Shown here piece after piece: positions 12,812-25,967 of a stretch of 64,000 nt of DNA. The notes beneath the pieces are model-generated. The model was not told the origin of the DNA. It made no database searches and saw nothing but the letters and a program-made list of their open reading frames with translations. The translations under genes were made by a program, and so were the position numbers. Within the stretch, counting starts at the first letter, position 1. The number at the start of each line of letters is the position of its first letter. The DNA comes from Selaginella moellendorffii (lineage: Eukaryota > Plantae > Lycopodiophyta): contig NW_003314308.1 in assembly GCF_000143415.4 (NCBI RefSeq), forward strand, positions 1,034,654-1,098,653, read 5' to 3'.

Positions 12812-13486
12812 TGTAAGCAACCAAAGGGAACGACTCGAGAGACGATCCATGAGGTTCAAATATAGAGGGAAAGGGCCCATGAACAAGAGTGCACCCCCTT
12901 TTTCAATCGGTTAAGGGTCTTGGGATATTTGGGGTTAAGCGTCCTTGGGTTTGAATAGTACTATGTTGGGTGACCTCCCGGGAAGACCAAACTCAGGAGC
13001 TTACATTTGGTATCAGAGGGGTCTCGGGTCCGACTCTGTTGGTTGGTTAGGGGAATCGCACCACATGTTGATTGACATCTGGCTGGTCCAGTTTGCTCCC
13101 GCTGGGCTCAACCCGAGGGGTAGGGTGTCAAGAGAGCGAGGCTCTCAGCTTCCGTTCACGAGGGCGTGAACTTGTAGGGAAGCTGGTCCAGTTTGCTCCC
13201 GCTGGGCTCGACCCGAGGGGTAGGGTGTCAAGAGAGCGAGGCTTTCAGCTTCCGTTCACGAGGGCGTGAACTTGCAGAGAAGCGTGGTGGATTGTAAGCA
13301 ACCAAAGGGAACGACTCAAGAGACGATCCATGGGGTTCAAATATAGAGGGAAAGGGCCCATGAACAAGAGTGCACCCCCTTTTCCAATCGGTTAAGGGTC
13401 TTGGGATATTTGGGGTTAAGCGTCCTTGGGTTTGAATAGTACTGGGCTGGGTGACCTCCCGGGAAGACCAAACTCAGGAGCTTACA
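12812..13486 (+). mobile_element. Cassandra-type TRIM (non-autonomous LTR element carrying 5S rRNA promoter boxes)
   Basis: 194-bp LTRs at 12812-13005 and 13293-13486 (TG..CA, ~6 differences), TSD GTATC, PBS TGGTATCAGAG (13008-13018), purine-rich tract, non-coding interior. The LTR contains GTTAAGCGT.CTTGGG....A.TAGTACT.....TGGGTGACCTCCCGGGAAG, matching 5S A box/IE/C box. Confidence 0.92.
13082..13281 (+). repeat. Two tandem ~100-bp repeats in the TRIM interior
   Basis: GCTGGTCCAG...GTTCACGAGGGCGTGAACTTG starts at 13082 and again at 13182. Confidence 0.9.
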
Positions 13487-14409
13487 GTATCCCACTTTAT
13501 TAGGTCCCATTCTAGTTTATCCATTGTTTATTGTCAAAACTAATAATTATCCATTTCTCTGGTATAGCTAGACCTATGTTTATTGTCTTCTCCATTTGGA
13601 TAACACAAATTGGCTTAACATGATACAGATCTAAGAGTTCCTTGTATTTGGGGGTGACGATGGGGAATAACCTTCTAGCATATCCTGCCTTGAAAATTTG
13701 TTTAGAAGCCATGTTGGGGAGGGCATAAAAGATATTGCCATCTAGCTTCCACCACCAATGGAAAAGGGTTTTAGGTAGCTACAATGCCTCCAAGCATGAT
13801 TGATGAGGTGGAAGATGTTTTGAAATTTTCATATCGAAATATCCAAACTATAAAAGGTTTTTTATCCAATCATAGTTGTTGGTTGTCTGGTTTTCTTAGA
13901 TCATAATACGAAAGTGTATAATCCCACCTTGTGTAGGTCCCAGAAAGTCTATTCTAGGCTGCACTTTTCTGATTCTTTGAGCATTTTCCCATTTACCTAG
14001 ACCAGCCTTTGCAGACAACAAACCACCTATTAACCATAATTGAACAGCATTTTCTCATTTACTTAGAACCACCTATTAACTACAGTTGGATAGCATTTTC
14101 TTGTTTACCTAGAACTAGTTATTCAGTCAAGGCTGGTCCAGCTATTCTCTGAAGTGGGGCTATTTTCCCACCAACTTGCATTTGAATTGACTTTAGACTT
14201 TGAAAAGTTTTCTCAAAAAAGTGGTATACAAGTGGTTCTAGATAAATGGGAAAAGTGGTTAATAAATAGTTCTAGATAAACAACAAAATGGGAAAACCTC
14301 TTATTAATCATAGCTGAACAACATTTTCCTGTTTACCTAGACTAATCTAGCTATTCTTTGGAGTGGGGCCATTTTCATACTAGCTTGTATTTGAATTGAC
14401 TCTACTCCT

Positions 14410-14780
14410 AAAGAAGAATCAAATTTACAAATGGACTCAAGAATGTCAAAAAGCTTTCAGCACGCTCAAGAATTTATTAATAAGAGCTCTAATACTTGCT
14501 CAACCAAATTGGAGCAAAGACTTCAACATTCAAGTTAATGCCTCTGACTATGCAATAGGAGCCATTCTTTGACGGATGATTTTTTAAAGTTTTTCCGGGA
14601 CGGATGGAGAGGAATAACTGTGTATAAAAGCCATTAATGAAGCTGGGGTATCTCCAAGTGTTCATTCATAACAATAAGAAGACCTCAAAAATTGACCAAT
14701 CTACTATATCAATTGAAGACTTAATTCAACTAAGATGAACTACACCACTACAGAAAAGGAAGCTTTTGGAGCATAGGAGT
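14410..14780 (+). pseudogene. Ty3/gypsy RT-RNase H remnant
   Basis: Translates to PNWSKDFNIQVNASDYAIGAIL and NYTTTEKEAFGA, with stops. Confidence 0.7.
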
Positions 14781-16905
14781 CCACAACTTAATATTAACTA
14801 TTAGACTCCATTAAATTTGCAGAAGACTGAGGTAAAGCATAGTCCTCAACAACCCATAAGCTACAGTAATTTCACTGAGAAATAATGGAAAGGTTAATGC
14901 TCAACTAAACTTACATTCCAAGAATAATGATGTTCCATGGAGCATAGGAAATTAACCTTACATTTAGAAACATCATTTGAGTCTTGAAACTCCAACCTTG
15001 AGACTCAAGGACATGAAGAAGTGGCAATTACCACCACATAGGACTAGTTAAGGGAATGACTTAGCACTCAAACCTTATCCCTATCTTTTTTGTACTCTAG
15101 CCTTCCATTACCAATGCATGTCCACATGCTCAAGATTCAAAATACACAAGCAATCCTAAGTTTATTGTTGCTCACAACCTCTTTTTAGAGATCAAAAAAC
15201 TCAAATTACCCTTCTCTCTCATTCTTTATATGATTGTTTGTATCTAGCTAAAACAAAGCACAAGATCAAGTAAACAAATGCAATAGTAAACATCCACTCC
15301 ATTCTTCCCTTCTTTTCTCTTTCTCTTTTATCTTTTGTTTCTTTCTTTCTTGGTTTTTAGGCACATAAAAACAACAAAGTATTCATTCTATCAATCATAG
15401 GAAAAATTATAAATAGCATGCACTCTTTCTCATATTTGGAATCTCATTCCAAATTGAGGATAATTTAGTCTTTCTTTAAAATACACTTTAGAGGGGACAT
15501 TAATGAGTTGCATTACTAGTGGGATTTGTGATGTAATGTATGTATAGACATTTACCATAAAATATCATATATAGTTTTTCCAAAAAATGATATTAAAAAC
15601 TATACAAGGACTATACTATAAACTAAATAATATTATAAAACTATTTAAAACATTAGATAGTAAAATTATATATCAAATTAGATAATTTAATTTTGTCCTA
15701 TATAGTTTTCTCATATTCAAAGTCCTATTTGTCTCACTTATATAACTAAAGTTTGTAAAAATACATCATTTAGCTTGTTATGTTATTTGTAAGAGTTGAA
15801 GGACTATCAAGTATTTTACTTAGTTGTTAAGGTAAAAGTTTGGAGTGTTTAGAATAATCAATTTATTTGTTTCTTTAGTAGCTATAACTCTATGTTAAGC
15901 TCTTAGAGATTACTACCTTAAAAACAATAGGTATAGACATTTAAAGACTCCAAGCATATCCCACTTGCAATTAGATAGTTATATTAACAACAATTATAGT
16001 GAATATTACAATGTTTTGGATCACATAAAATATATAAATTCCAAATTTATCTTTTATATCATAGAAATTCTTTATAAAAGTGACATTTTATGAAACTAAA
16101 CTTCTTTGTAAGTACTTCACCATGTTGGGTTGAATATGTAATATATCATGAAAATGGTTGTTATTAAACTCTTGAAATTAGTCATAAAATTGGCAGTTCA
16201 AATTGAAGCATTGAAAGAATCTAGCATAATTATTTTGTTGTACTTTTTAAGCAAATTAATTTGCTATGCCATAAACTTTACCCAAATGTGCCCATCAAAC
16301 TCTTATTGCACTCCCTCCATCTAATTTTTAAAAGGTGAAAAACCAAGTCTTAATCATACTCTGTGAGAAGTTTTAAATGGCTCACAAAAGTTCTTGCATT
16401 GATATTTTGAATCTATATACTTGTAATTAGTATACTCTTTCAAATATAAACCCATTGCTCTCATATTTGTTGTATTTGAATGTTTTGTTGAGTTATTCAT
16501 TGAAAAGTTTACCATTGTCAAGGATCCTTGTTGAAATGAAAACCTTTCCACTCTAGATAGATGTAGCATTAAATTTATTATAAACTCCTCTAGCTAAACT
16601 TCTACTTCTATTATTGGATTTGGTGCAAAATATTTTTTTTTGCTATACAGAGCTCTGTAGTAGTAACCAAAACAATCCCATATCTAAAACCCTTTACAAC
16701 ATTTATTGCTCACAATTGAAAGCTTAACAAAAGCATATATGAATCCTTTCTCTATCAATAAATCTATCTTTTAATTTCAAGTGAGGTGCACAAGTATGCT
16801 AAGATGGCATATGGGCATATTGTTTTAGATTTACAAAAGGGTGTTCTTATCTAAATTGGCAAATTTGAACAACATTATAATGCACTTGGAAACCAACTCC
16901 AAAAA

Positions 16906-17025
16906 TGCAATCAAAGAAAATGGATTAAAAAATAGTCTATTAGAGTTTAAATATAAAGGGAAAGGTCACATGAATAAAAGTACACTCTATTTTTTAATTA
17001 ATTAAAGATTTTGGGATATATGGAG
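16906..17025 (+). repeat. Old, AT-drifted fragment of the same Cassandra LTR family
   Basis: GTTTAAATATAAAGGGAAAGGTCACATGAATAAAAGTACAC..TTGGGATATATGG aligns to the LTR's GTTCAAATATAGAGGGAAAGGGCCCATGAACAAGAGTGCAC..TTGGGATATTTGG. Confidence 0.65.
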
Positions 17026-19797
17026 TGTCGCCAGCACTAATGATCAAAGATTGTAAAGCACTGTGATATTTTGCCACTACAGAGCAATCTATGAAGGATC
17101 ACCATGGAAATCATCCTTAGGGTTCTGGTTCTTTAAATCTCTGGTGGCAAGGTTGTTTGGATTTTGGAATGCTTTCTTCCAGTGCCAAATAATAACTTAA
17201 GTCAATAAATGTATTGTCTGAGGAATTAATATTTAGGTACTATGATCATAGATGGTGGAACTATTTTATTTTGCAAAAGCTCATGACACTATGCACCTCA
17301 CTTCACTTGGATGAGGGCCAAGAGAGGTTTCATGGTTTGAATAATATTGGGAACCTCTTAGGAAGTCTGAATTTATGAATTTACATTTGGCATTAAAGAA
17401 TTCTCAAGCTTAACTTAGTTGGTTAGTTATGGGAATCAGAACACATATTGAGATTCATATCAACACAATTTTATAATAGATTTGGAAACTAGCTCATGGG
17501 TATATAGGCTTGTCAATATGCTTAGATGCAGCGAGATCTCACCATAATTAAAACCCTAGAGTTAACCTCTATTTTTATAGGTATGATAGTTTGTCTAAAT
17601 TTGGCCAATTGTTTTTTATCATAAGGCTATCCATTTTAAATAAAAGCTTTTTATAATTTTCTCATCTACTACTATAAGAAGTGATCACCAAACTTTATGG
17701 GCATCCAGATTTGGCCAATTAATAGTGTCAAATGCAAGGTAAACTAGTAAATATTGTGTTTTTATATTATGTCCTTTCTAAAAATGTAAGGTTTAGATAA
17801 CCAATCAATGTGCAACATGGTCTGGGCTGGGGGAGCAAGCGGGTGTGACACTTGTTTTCTTCCTGTGCTCCCTCCTTTTACTATAGCTCCTCCTCTACCC
17901 TTGCAGCCACAATGCTTTTCACCTCAATTTGCCTTTCGAAAGGAAATTTTCTTAACCACAGCTCCTCCTCATCGGTGAAGTTTCCTAGTACCAAGGTTTC
18001 CTCCTTGCTCCAGGTTTCTCTCTGCTAGCATTCCTCAAAAGAGTCAAGTAGTTGCTGGTTTGACATTCACTGAAACTGTCTAATAGGTGACAACTTGGCT
18101 CTTGCATGCATATGTGTGCCCATAAGCAATGTTTGATTCTTCCTCACCAGTTCTCAATAGAAATGCAGGGAAAGGTATTTCTCATTGTTGTGGGCATATG
18201 CCATGATTATCAGGCAATTGTTGTGGCATGGAATCAAAGATGATCCCACTCAGCTAGAGCACCAAGGTTTAAGAATTCAAGTCCTGGGCTTTAGGGTGTG
18301 CATATATCTCCCATGGCAATGCAAGTGCAGATGGGAGTAGCTCTTCCATATAAGTATCTGCAAGCAGTGGTTTGCTGGGGTGTTCACAGAGCACAGGTTG
18401 AAGTTAACTGGAGCATCTTGTAAAGCAGGTGTCCCCACCCTGGCCATCTGTAAAAACAAGTTGTTCAAGAACTTTTCCATGTTTCTAAAAGTTGGGACAT
18501 GTGATGCAGCTTGCATTAATATCTCTCAACCTTCTTCTTCCACACTTGGCTATATGGATGGTGACTAGAAATTTTGTTGTTCTTTTTCTTTCTTTTAGGG
18601 TTCCAATCTCCCAACACAAACACATCACTTCAATGCAGCTTGCTCTATATTGTTCTTTTGCTTTGGATGAGCGTGGTCAGCCAAAGAGTTGCTTCATATG
18701 GAGTTGGTCAATGTTGTTATACATAAAAGAGTTGTGCATAGTTTGGATTAGTCAAGGCTGGGTTTGCTTTGTTTTATTTATATATTCTTTGGCAAATGGA
18801 ACTTCTTTTAAAGATGATTAACTATATAGAAGTATCTAGGGTATTCTATTTCAGGCAGCCTCGGCTTCCAAAGGTTTCATGGTCCTAATAATTTTCTTCT
18901 CCCTCTTGCTCAATGGATAGCATGTGAAGTTCATATGTCAAGCTGTCCCTCTTGCTCATGCAAAGTTCCTATGTCAGGTCATCACTACTAGGTTCTTAAG
19001 CATGATAACTTTTTGTGTATTTTGTAAGCAATTGCTTATGTAACTATTAGTTAGCAGTAGCAGCACAGCTTAGTTAAATTGAATTAAGTGATACTGGGTT
19101 TGGCATTCTATTAATTTGCCAAACTAAACTAAACTAAATACTTAATTTATATTATTAATAATTATTTTTAGTTATTACTTTACTTTGTTTGTCTAGTGTT
19201 CTAAAGGTATTTATATTCCCAACACCTATATTAATAAAAGTTTTCTTAGTAATTCTTCTTTTACTTTGTCTGAGTAGTAATTAGGATTAAAGATGAGAGA
19301 TAATATAAATAAGATCTAAACAAGATCCATCTGTTGAGAAATACAATATGGCAATTGAAATTATCCTAGCCATGAGTTGCAAAAAGATATTGCATTAAAT
19401 TCTAGATATTTGTATGCACCTAGCATTTACTGAGAAATATTAATCTAAACTAGAAGACAATCAATCTGACAATGATAGCTACTAATGAAGCAAAAATAAT
19501 TTCTTTGGTCGCATTGGCCACAATCCTCACACGAAGCTCTTTGGAGCAAGGCGATGCCCTCAGCGTGTAGCAAGTGGGGCTTCTGGATCGCCTTCTTTAA
19601 AATCCCTTTCCAACTCCGTGGCGACTCGATCCAGACTCCTCCAAATCGTGTGGTGCTTCAGTATCCAGCCTAAAGTCGCGGCAGTGGCCCAAAAAAGTGT
19701 GATTCTCTCGCTGCACCAAACGAGCGATTAAGTCAATGCAAGTACTGCGCCCCATATCACCCATGCTTTGTATTACAGATTGGGCTTCACAGGAATC

Positions 19798-21554
19798 TTA
19801 GAGAAGCACGCTTGATTTCTCTGGCAACAGCACGCAACTCTCCGACCTCTCAAACTCCTTGAAGGATCGGTCACCAGTGATGTAGAACACAAAGGCGGGC
19901 GGGGACTTGTCAAGGATGTACGTCACTGCTCCAAGAGGGAGGCAGAGCATGGAGACGTGTACCACAGCGAGTGCTGCCACTAGCCAAGCGAAAAGAAAGC
20001 CGTAGCTCGGGTAAAGCGTCCAGGCCTTCCCGAATATTGGGAGTGCCATTGCGAAGACCGAGTCGGAGACACCTTCCCTGCCAAAGAAACAAAGGAATAT
20101 TAGAGATCTTTGATTGATCAAAACTGTCACACCTGTAATCGAACGTCTGGAGATATGGATCTACAACCGCTGAAACGCCTCCCGTGGAGCATCGGAACCA
20201 ACTAAAGCCATTCTCCACGACACGGAAAGTATCGGCCTCTTTCACCCGGGGACCGATTGGTCCCCAAGTCGCCGCTGGTTGGAGCATGATATCAATCCTG
20301 CCAAAGCACAACCAAGAACTTAGAACTCTAGCATACTGAAAGTTTGCTCTACCTCTTTTTCCCGGCTTGGCGCATCAGGTCTGGAAACTGGAAATCGTAG
20401 CAAATAGCTCCTCCAATTCGGCCGAGCTCTGTCTTGATGGCAGGAAGAATGGGATTCCCCGGAGTTCCATATGACTCCACGAATGGAACCAAGTGGGCTT
20501 TCCTGTAGCTAAATCCAATGGAGCCATCGGGAAGAACGAGGTCGAAATAGTTCCCGACTCTTCCAGTGCTCGCATCCTTGTACTCGTAAGTGATGCCAAC
20601 GTAGGCGCCGTGCTGGGAAGCGATCTGCCCGGCTCTGAATTGGAGAGAGCCCCTGTCCTGTTTGAGGTGGAGTTTCACCGCAGCCTCGGACCAGAGCACC
20701 AATCGATCGCCGGCTCGGAGGCGCTGGTTCGTCCTGTTGAGCATCACATCCATGTCCTCGTAGGAGAGGAGCTTGCCCAGGACGCAAGAGACCGGCACTG
20801 TTTTCTTCATCGTGAGGGCGATGTCCTTCTGGAAGAAATCGCCCGAGAAAATGGAGATCCTGGCGCTGCTGTAGAACAAAATGGAGATGGCAATGGTCCC
20901 AAACGCCAGGGAGTGGCCGCGATGCATCTGCATGGCACGCTTCTTGTCGGATTTCTCCATCTTGAGAAGATTCTCGTCGAGAACGGCGCTGTCGTGGAGA
21001 ATCGCCGAGAACCACGCCATGAGGAATGCGATCCCATCGATCCCCCACACGCCGGCGCTCATCACTAGCGGCAAGATTGTAACCTGCGAAACTGCGGGAT
21101 GGAGGAAGGAGCCAACGCCGCCGAATCGGTTCCACAACAACCACACCGTGGTCCAGATCGACGCGAATACCAGCGGCTGGGACGTTCTTGCTCGATCAAA
21201 ACGCTTCCTGTAGCTGATGCTTGCAAGAAATGGGAGGAGAAGAAACATCCACAGCGCCAGTGCCCAGATTATTCCCACAATTGGCGCGCTGCTGGCCTTC
21301 GAGTTGTCCGGGCTCACCTTTCCCGGGAAGAATGTCAGGAACGCCAGGTTCGCGGCAGTGGTGTGGAGGATGAGCGCCAGGAGAATTGTGAGCGCCGCGG
21401 AGCTCCACGAGCAAGAATTGCGCGAAATCCCTGATTTGTGGAAGAAATGCAGGAGGAAAAATGGTTGGAGCCAAGAACAAATTGCAACTGATTGGAAACC
21501 GGAGAAGAATGTGCATGCCGTCGAGAGAATGGCAAGGAGTGCCGCCTTCGTCAT
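19798..21554 (-). CDS. Apolipoprotein N-acyltransferase (Lnt)-like membrane CN-hydrolase; exons 21554-20353, 20297-20133, 20077-19798
   Basis: Multi-TM N-terminus, then nitrilase triad motifs VLWSEAA, YRKAHLVPFVE and GAICYDF, then R..ENG..RCS.GG.SAVVDP and C-terminal TLYP.YG.LFAW plus a TM helix. Two GT-AG introns restore the frame. Confidence 0.85.
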
Positions 21555-24500
21555 GTCTCTCGCCGTTTGTTTCAATGTAGTGGTAATTTATATTCCTGGG
21601 ATAACAATTTATTTTTACTTAAATGAATCAAATAAAAAATTAATGTGAATTTTATATGGGTATTTATAAAGTGTAAGGAACATACTATTAATATCCAAGT
21701 AAATTCGAGGATATACTTCAATCTAACGGTTTTGATTTTTTCAGTTTTACTTCAATGCTTATTTTAAATATAAACCATTTTTGATTTGCTTATAATACTC
21801 AACAAAATATCTTTTTAGCATATCCATTCACAAATATCCTCCATTCGTTCTTTTTTCATTATAAAACATTTAAAGTTATAACACAATTACATTTGCTTGA
21901 GTTGCCACTTTGGTTTTAAAAGTTGTAACCAAGTGGTTATGGAAGTGGGTTTTTTCTTCGCAATCATTGAATGATCATTACTTCCTAATTCACTATTACT
22001 AAAGAACTTGAGCTCTTAGATTCCTATAATTCTTGGATATATTGGAGTGCAAAGTTTTGGATTTTCACACAAAGTCAATGTGAAGGTGCGATAATATATT
22101 ATGTTATTTAGATAGGGATAAAGTTCCCACAATAATCTTAATAATAAGAAATTTGTATTTCCAACTTTATCTTATTAAATTTGGTAATAAACTCCCTTTG
22201 AGAGAATTTAGAGTTGAATCATAACTATATTAATATTTTAAGAGCATATTTTTTAGAGACTTGATAATTGTCACAGCAAAACTTTGCCACTAACACAATT
22301 TAGATTATAAGGATGTATTTTAAGTTATATATGATTGCTCTAGCCTTCAAGTATTTCATGCTTTATTTCAACAAATTCTATAACTTGGTCAAATTAATGA
22401 CTTTTGCTTTTTAGACGAATTTAGAGCTAGAAGACTGAGTGAGTATAGAGTGAAATAAATTATATCAAAATTTGTGGTAACAAATTTTAGGAATAACAAC
22501 CAAAATACTCAAATAATCTATACAAAAACTAAGAAATAAAATAGACTAGTTCCTTTTATGCAAAATAAATCTTCTAATTCATGTTCTGAAGAGGATATTG
22601 TAGATTCAAACACAACCAAGACTTTTTTCCATATAAATAAGTAAGTATTGCTATGATAAATTTGAAATTTAACATATAAAAAGCATAGGACTAAAGGATT
22701 TAAATAAGTTACTTATATGATTACTTTTGCTATGTGGTCTAACCACTAGAGCAAAGCAATGCCAAAAATCTTTGCTTTTCAAAAACAAATTATAGTGCCC
22801 TTCATCTCCACTAATGTGATTGAAGTTGGAAATAAATTGCCTTTAGAAGCTGGAGACATTATCTCTATCAACATAAAGACTAAAGAGGATCTATCCTCAC
22901 GAAGTATATAAGTGCTATTGACAGTTGGTACAACTTTTATTTTTTAGCATTCTCACACATATCATGAATATCAAGATTAAAGGATTGGCATAATTTGATT
23001 GTCAGATGAAAGAAAAATATCAAGCACTAGGGAATAGAGCTCCATTTATAAATGTGAAGTTAATTAATCTTCAAGAAAGAGGCATTAAGGAGTAAAAGGT
23101 TAAGGTCATGGAATCTTTTAACAAGATAACATCTAAGAAGTGTAACTTAAAACTTCCATGCTTGATTGGAAACATGTATTAAGAATTCCCCTAAAAACAA
23201 ATAACCAACCATCTTACTTTTTTGCCATGTGTTCACATCTCTTCTGATGAAACATAAAGACTATGTATAAATGATTCTTTTATGCATAAAATCACAACTA
23301 AATTTGTTTCGTTTGAGGCCTTTTTAAACCAAAGTATCATAAATATTCATTTCATGTTAGAAGGTGTTATATTAGATATTACCTATGTCCTTACATGGGG
23401 GAACTCAAGGAAAACATATAGTGGAGACTATAAAAAGTTGTGTCACTAGGCCCAAGTGACTTTACATAACAACTAGATTGTCTAGATAGCAAATCAAGGA
23501 CATAACATATTTAGATCACCCTAGACTAAAGATAGTTATAATTGTGGTTGTTTACAAAGCCTTTAACACACTTCTTTGTAAGTAAATGAAGCTCAACTAG
23601 CTTCACTAAAACATTTGAATAGAAAGAAATATATACAAAGTGTTTATGAATGACATGATAATCCTCTAGATTCTAGCATAACAAACAAGAACACATTGAC
23701 ATTAAATAGGAGAAAAGAAACAAAATATAAACCTACTCACTGATTTCCTAGTGACTGATGCCCAACTCTTATAGAATTGTTGATGCAATCAATTTAAATA
23801 ATTAAAACCTCTAAAAGCATGATGATATAAATACTATGAGCTTTGAAAGAGGAAAAATACCTTTTCCAACCAACCACTCCTTAGTTCTTGCAAAGATCCA
23901 TCAATTTATACTTCACTTGAGAGGCAGGAAAAAATTATTTATATTTATAAACCTTAACAATCTTTTGCCTATCACCCTTGAGCCAAGGCTCATATGGCAC
24001 TCTGCCCATATTTGCTCCATCCATATCCAACACCCAGCTCATAGATCAAGAGAACAAATCAGGAAGATCAATTATCAACTAATATGAACATGGGAAATAA
24101 TGTCTTGAATTGATTTAAAGATGGATTCAGAGTTATCCTATCCCAGAAGGAAATATGTTAAAATTGTTACAATGTGAATGCTCTAGTTTCCCTCAGTTCA
24201 CATAGGTCTTCTCAATCCAGCTTCAAACCCTTGAAGGAGGCCTTGGACCCAACACTAATTTGACAATCAACCATATTAGTGATCATCGTTAATGGCAAAT
24301 ATCAATAAAATTTTTCTCATAAAAAAGATTTTAAAAAACATAATTTGAAAAGTATCAATTATCTTTTTTATTAGGAAAATTGAATAATTATATTATGTAT
24401 TAAATACTTAATATAATTTGTAAGAACCTAAATAATATATATATTATTACCAATGTGAACGTTGTCAGCTACCAAAGCTGAGGGTTTCATTATAAGAGTA

Positions 24501-25967
24501 TGAACATGAAATGAAGCAAATCTTAGCACAAACACCAAGCTACCTAAATTGGAGCACTTAGCATGAAGCAACAACAGATTTACATATGGATTGAACCAAA
24601 ACAAGAGGTTGCACACTAAATGGAATGAAGATAGAGACCTGGCAATGAAAGAACAAAAAAAAAAAAAAACAAAAAAACAAAAACAAAACTTGTAAGAGAA
24701 AGTAAATATTTTTTTATCACTTTGAGAGCAAGTTATTGTGCTTAAGGCCCCAAGACACTTCTCTTAAATGTCAAGAGTTGTTTATTTCTTAATAAAAAGA
24801 CTTTAGTCTAGCAATGAGAAAAACTAAAAGGTTTCCCTACACATGACTATCCTTTATGTTGCAGTGACTTATCTCTAAAACAAAGCATAAAATTTGGTCT
24901 ACTTAAATCAACTAAACCAACTTAAAAGACAGTGAAACTCCCTTATTATAATAATTTACTTGTAGCAATGTTTGGTTTGCTTAATAATAGTGTCATTTTT
25001 ATTTAGTATTTTTGAATAAATCAATTGATCGATAATTATAAATATGTTTATAATTTATAAATCAAGATTGATCTTATTACATATCAACCATCAGAATAAA
25101 TAAGAATATACTAGAAAGTGTATAAAATATAAAAATGTTTATAAATTATAAATATAAAATAATCTAAATAAATAACAACAGTTAAATGATAAAATATCTA
25201 AGTATATTCTAAGTATATTCACTACCTTTTAAGCAAACCAAAAAGCGTTTCGATTAGCTCGCACTCAATCCACTCCACATTTGCCATCGATCTGTACACC
25301 AAGCGTAGCCATCTGGAGACACAAAACACTGTCTCTTGGATCGCCTGCTAAACTGTTCTCCCATGGCTGTCTCAAAAAACCAGGGGAGAGTGAAGCAGCG
25401 AGGCTGGCAATGAAAGAGAAGACAAGGATTGAAAGGCATGGTCACTAAGTCAAGACCCCTAGGTGAACCCATCCCTACAGCCATCACTGAGGAGGAGCAT
25501 CCACAGAAAGAAAAGAAAGAATGAATCCAGGATTTCCACCTGATGCTCACCAAATGGGCAAAGAAGCCATGCACGGGAGAATGCTGTCCTAGAAGGAACA
25601 CTCGCAACCTAACTGCCCAAAAGATTTACGGCAAGGGGCTGCCTTGTTCACAATTCTCGAGGAGCAGCGGCATGAAACTTCACGACAGAGGAGGAGCTGT
25701 GGTTAAAAAGAAGATTTATCCCTCGCAAGTTTTCCAGGAGCAAAGGGAAAAATCGGCCACGCCCAAACATCACAAAAAAATTTCCAAGAGCACACAAAGG
25801 AAAACAATTTTTACCCAGTTCCCTCCCATCCAATTGGCCAGCCCAAGCTGTGCTGCCCTCAAACATCGTAATCCGAAGCTCCCCCAGGCCTGAGATCGGA
25901 CGGCTGCGGCAGGTTGGGAAACTGCTTCTGGATGGATAATTACTTTACTAATTGATTTAACTGGTTA

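Noticed and set aside
12934-12988. 5S rRNA gene
   Set aside because: Only the internal promoter part is present and it is embedded in LTRs.
14570-14675. Small TG..CA insert in the gypsy remnant, ending like the 5533-5716 LTR
   Set aside because: No TSD and the similarity is too short to call a solo LTR.
15000-19500. Possible CACTA-like transposase scraps in AT-rich DNA
   Set aside because: Motifs are too degraded and no termini were found.
21600-25250. AT-rich tract with short ORFs
   Set aside because: No recognisable domains or structure; probably decayed repeats.
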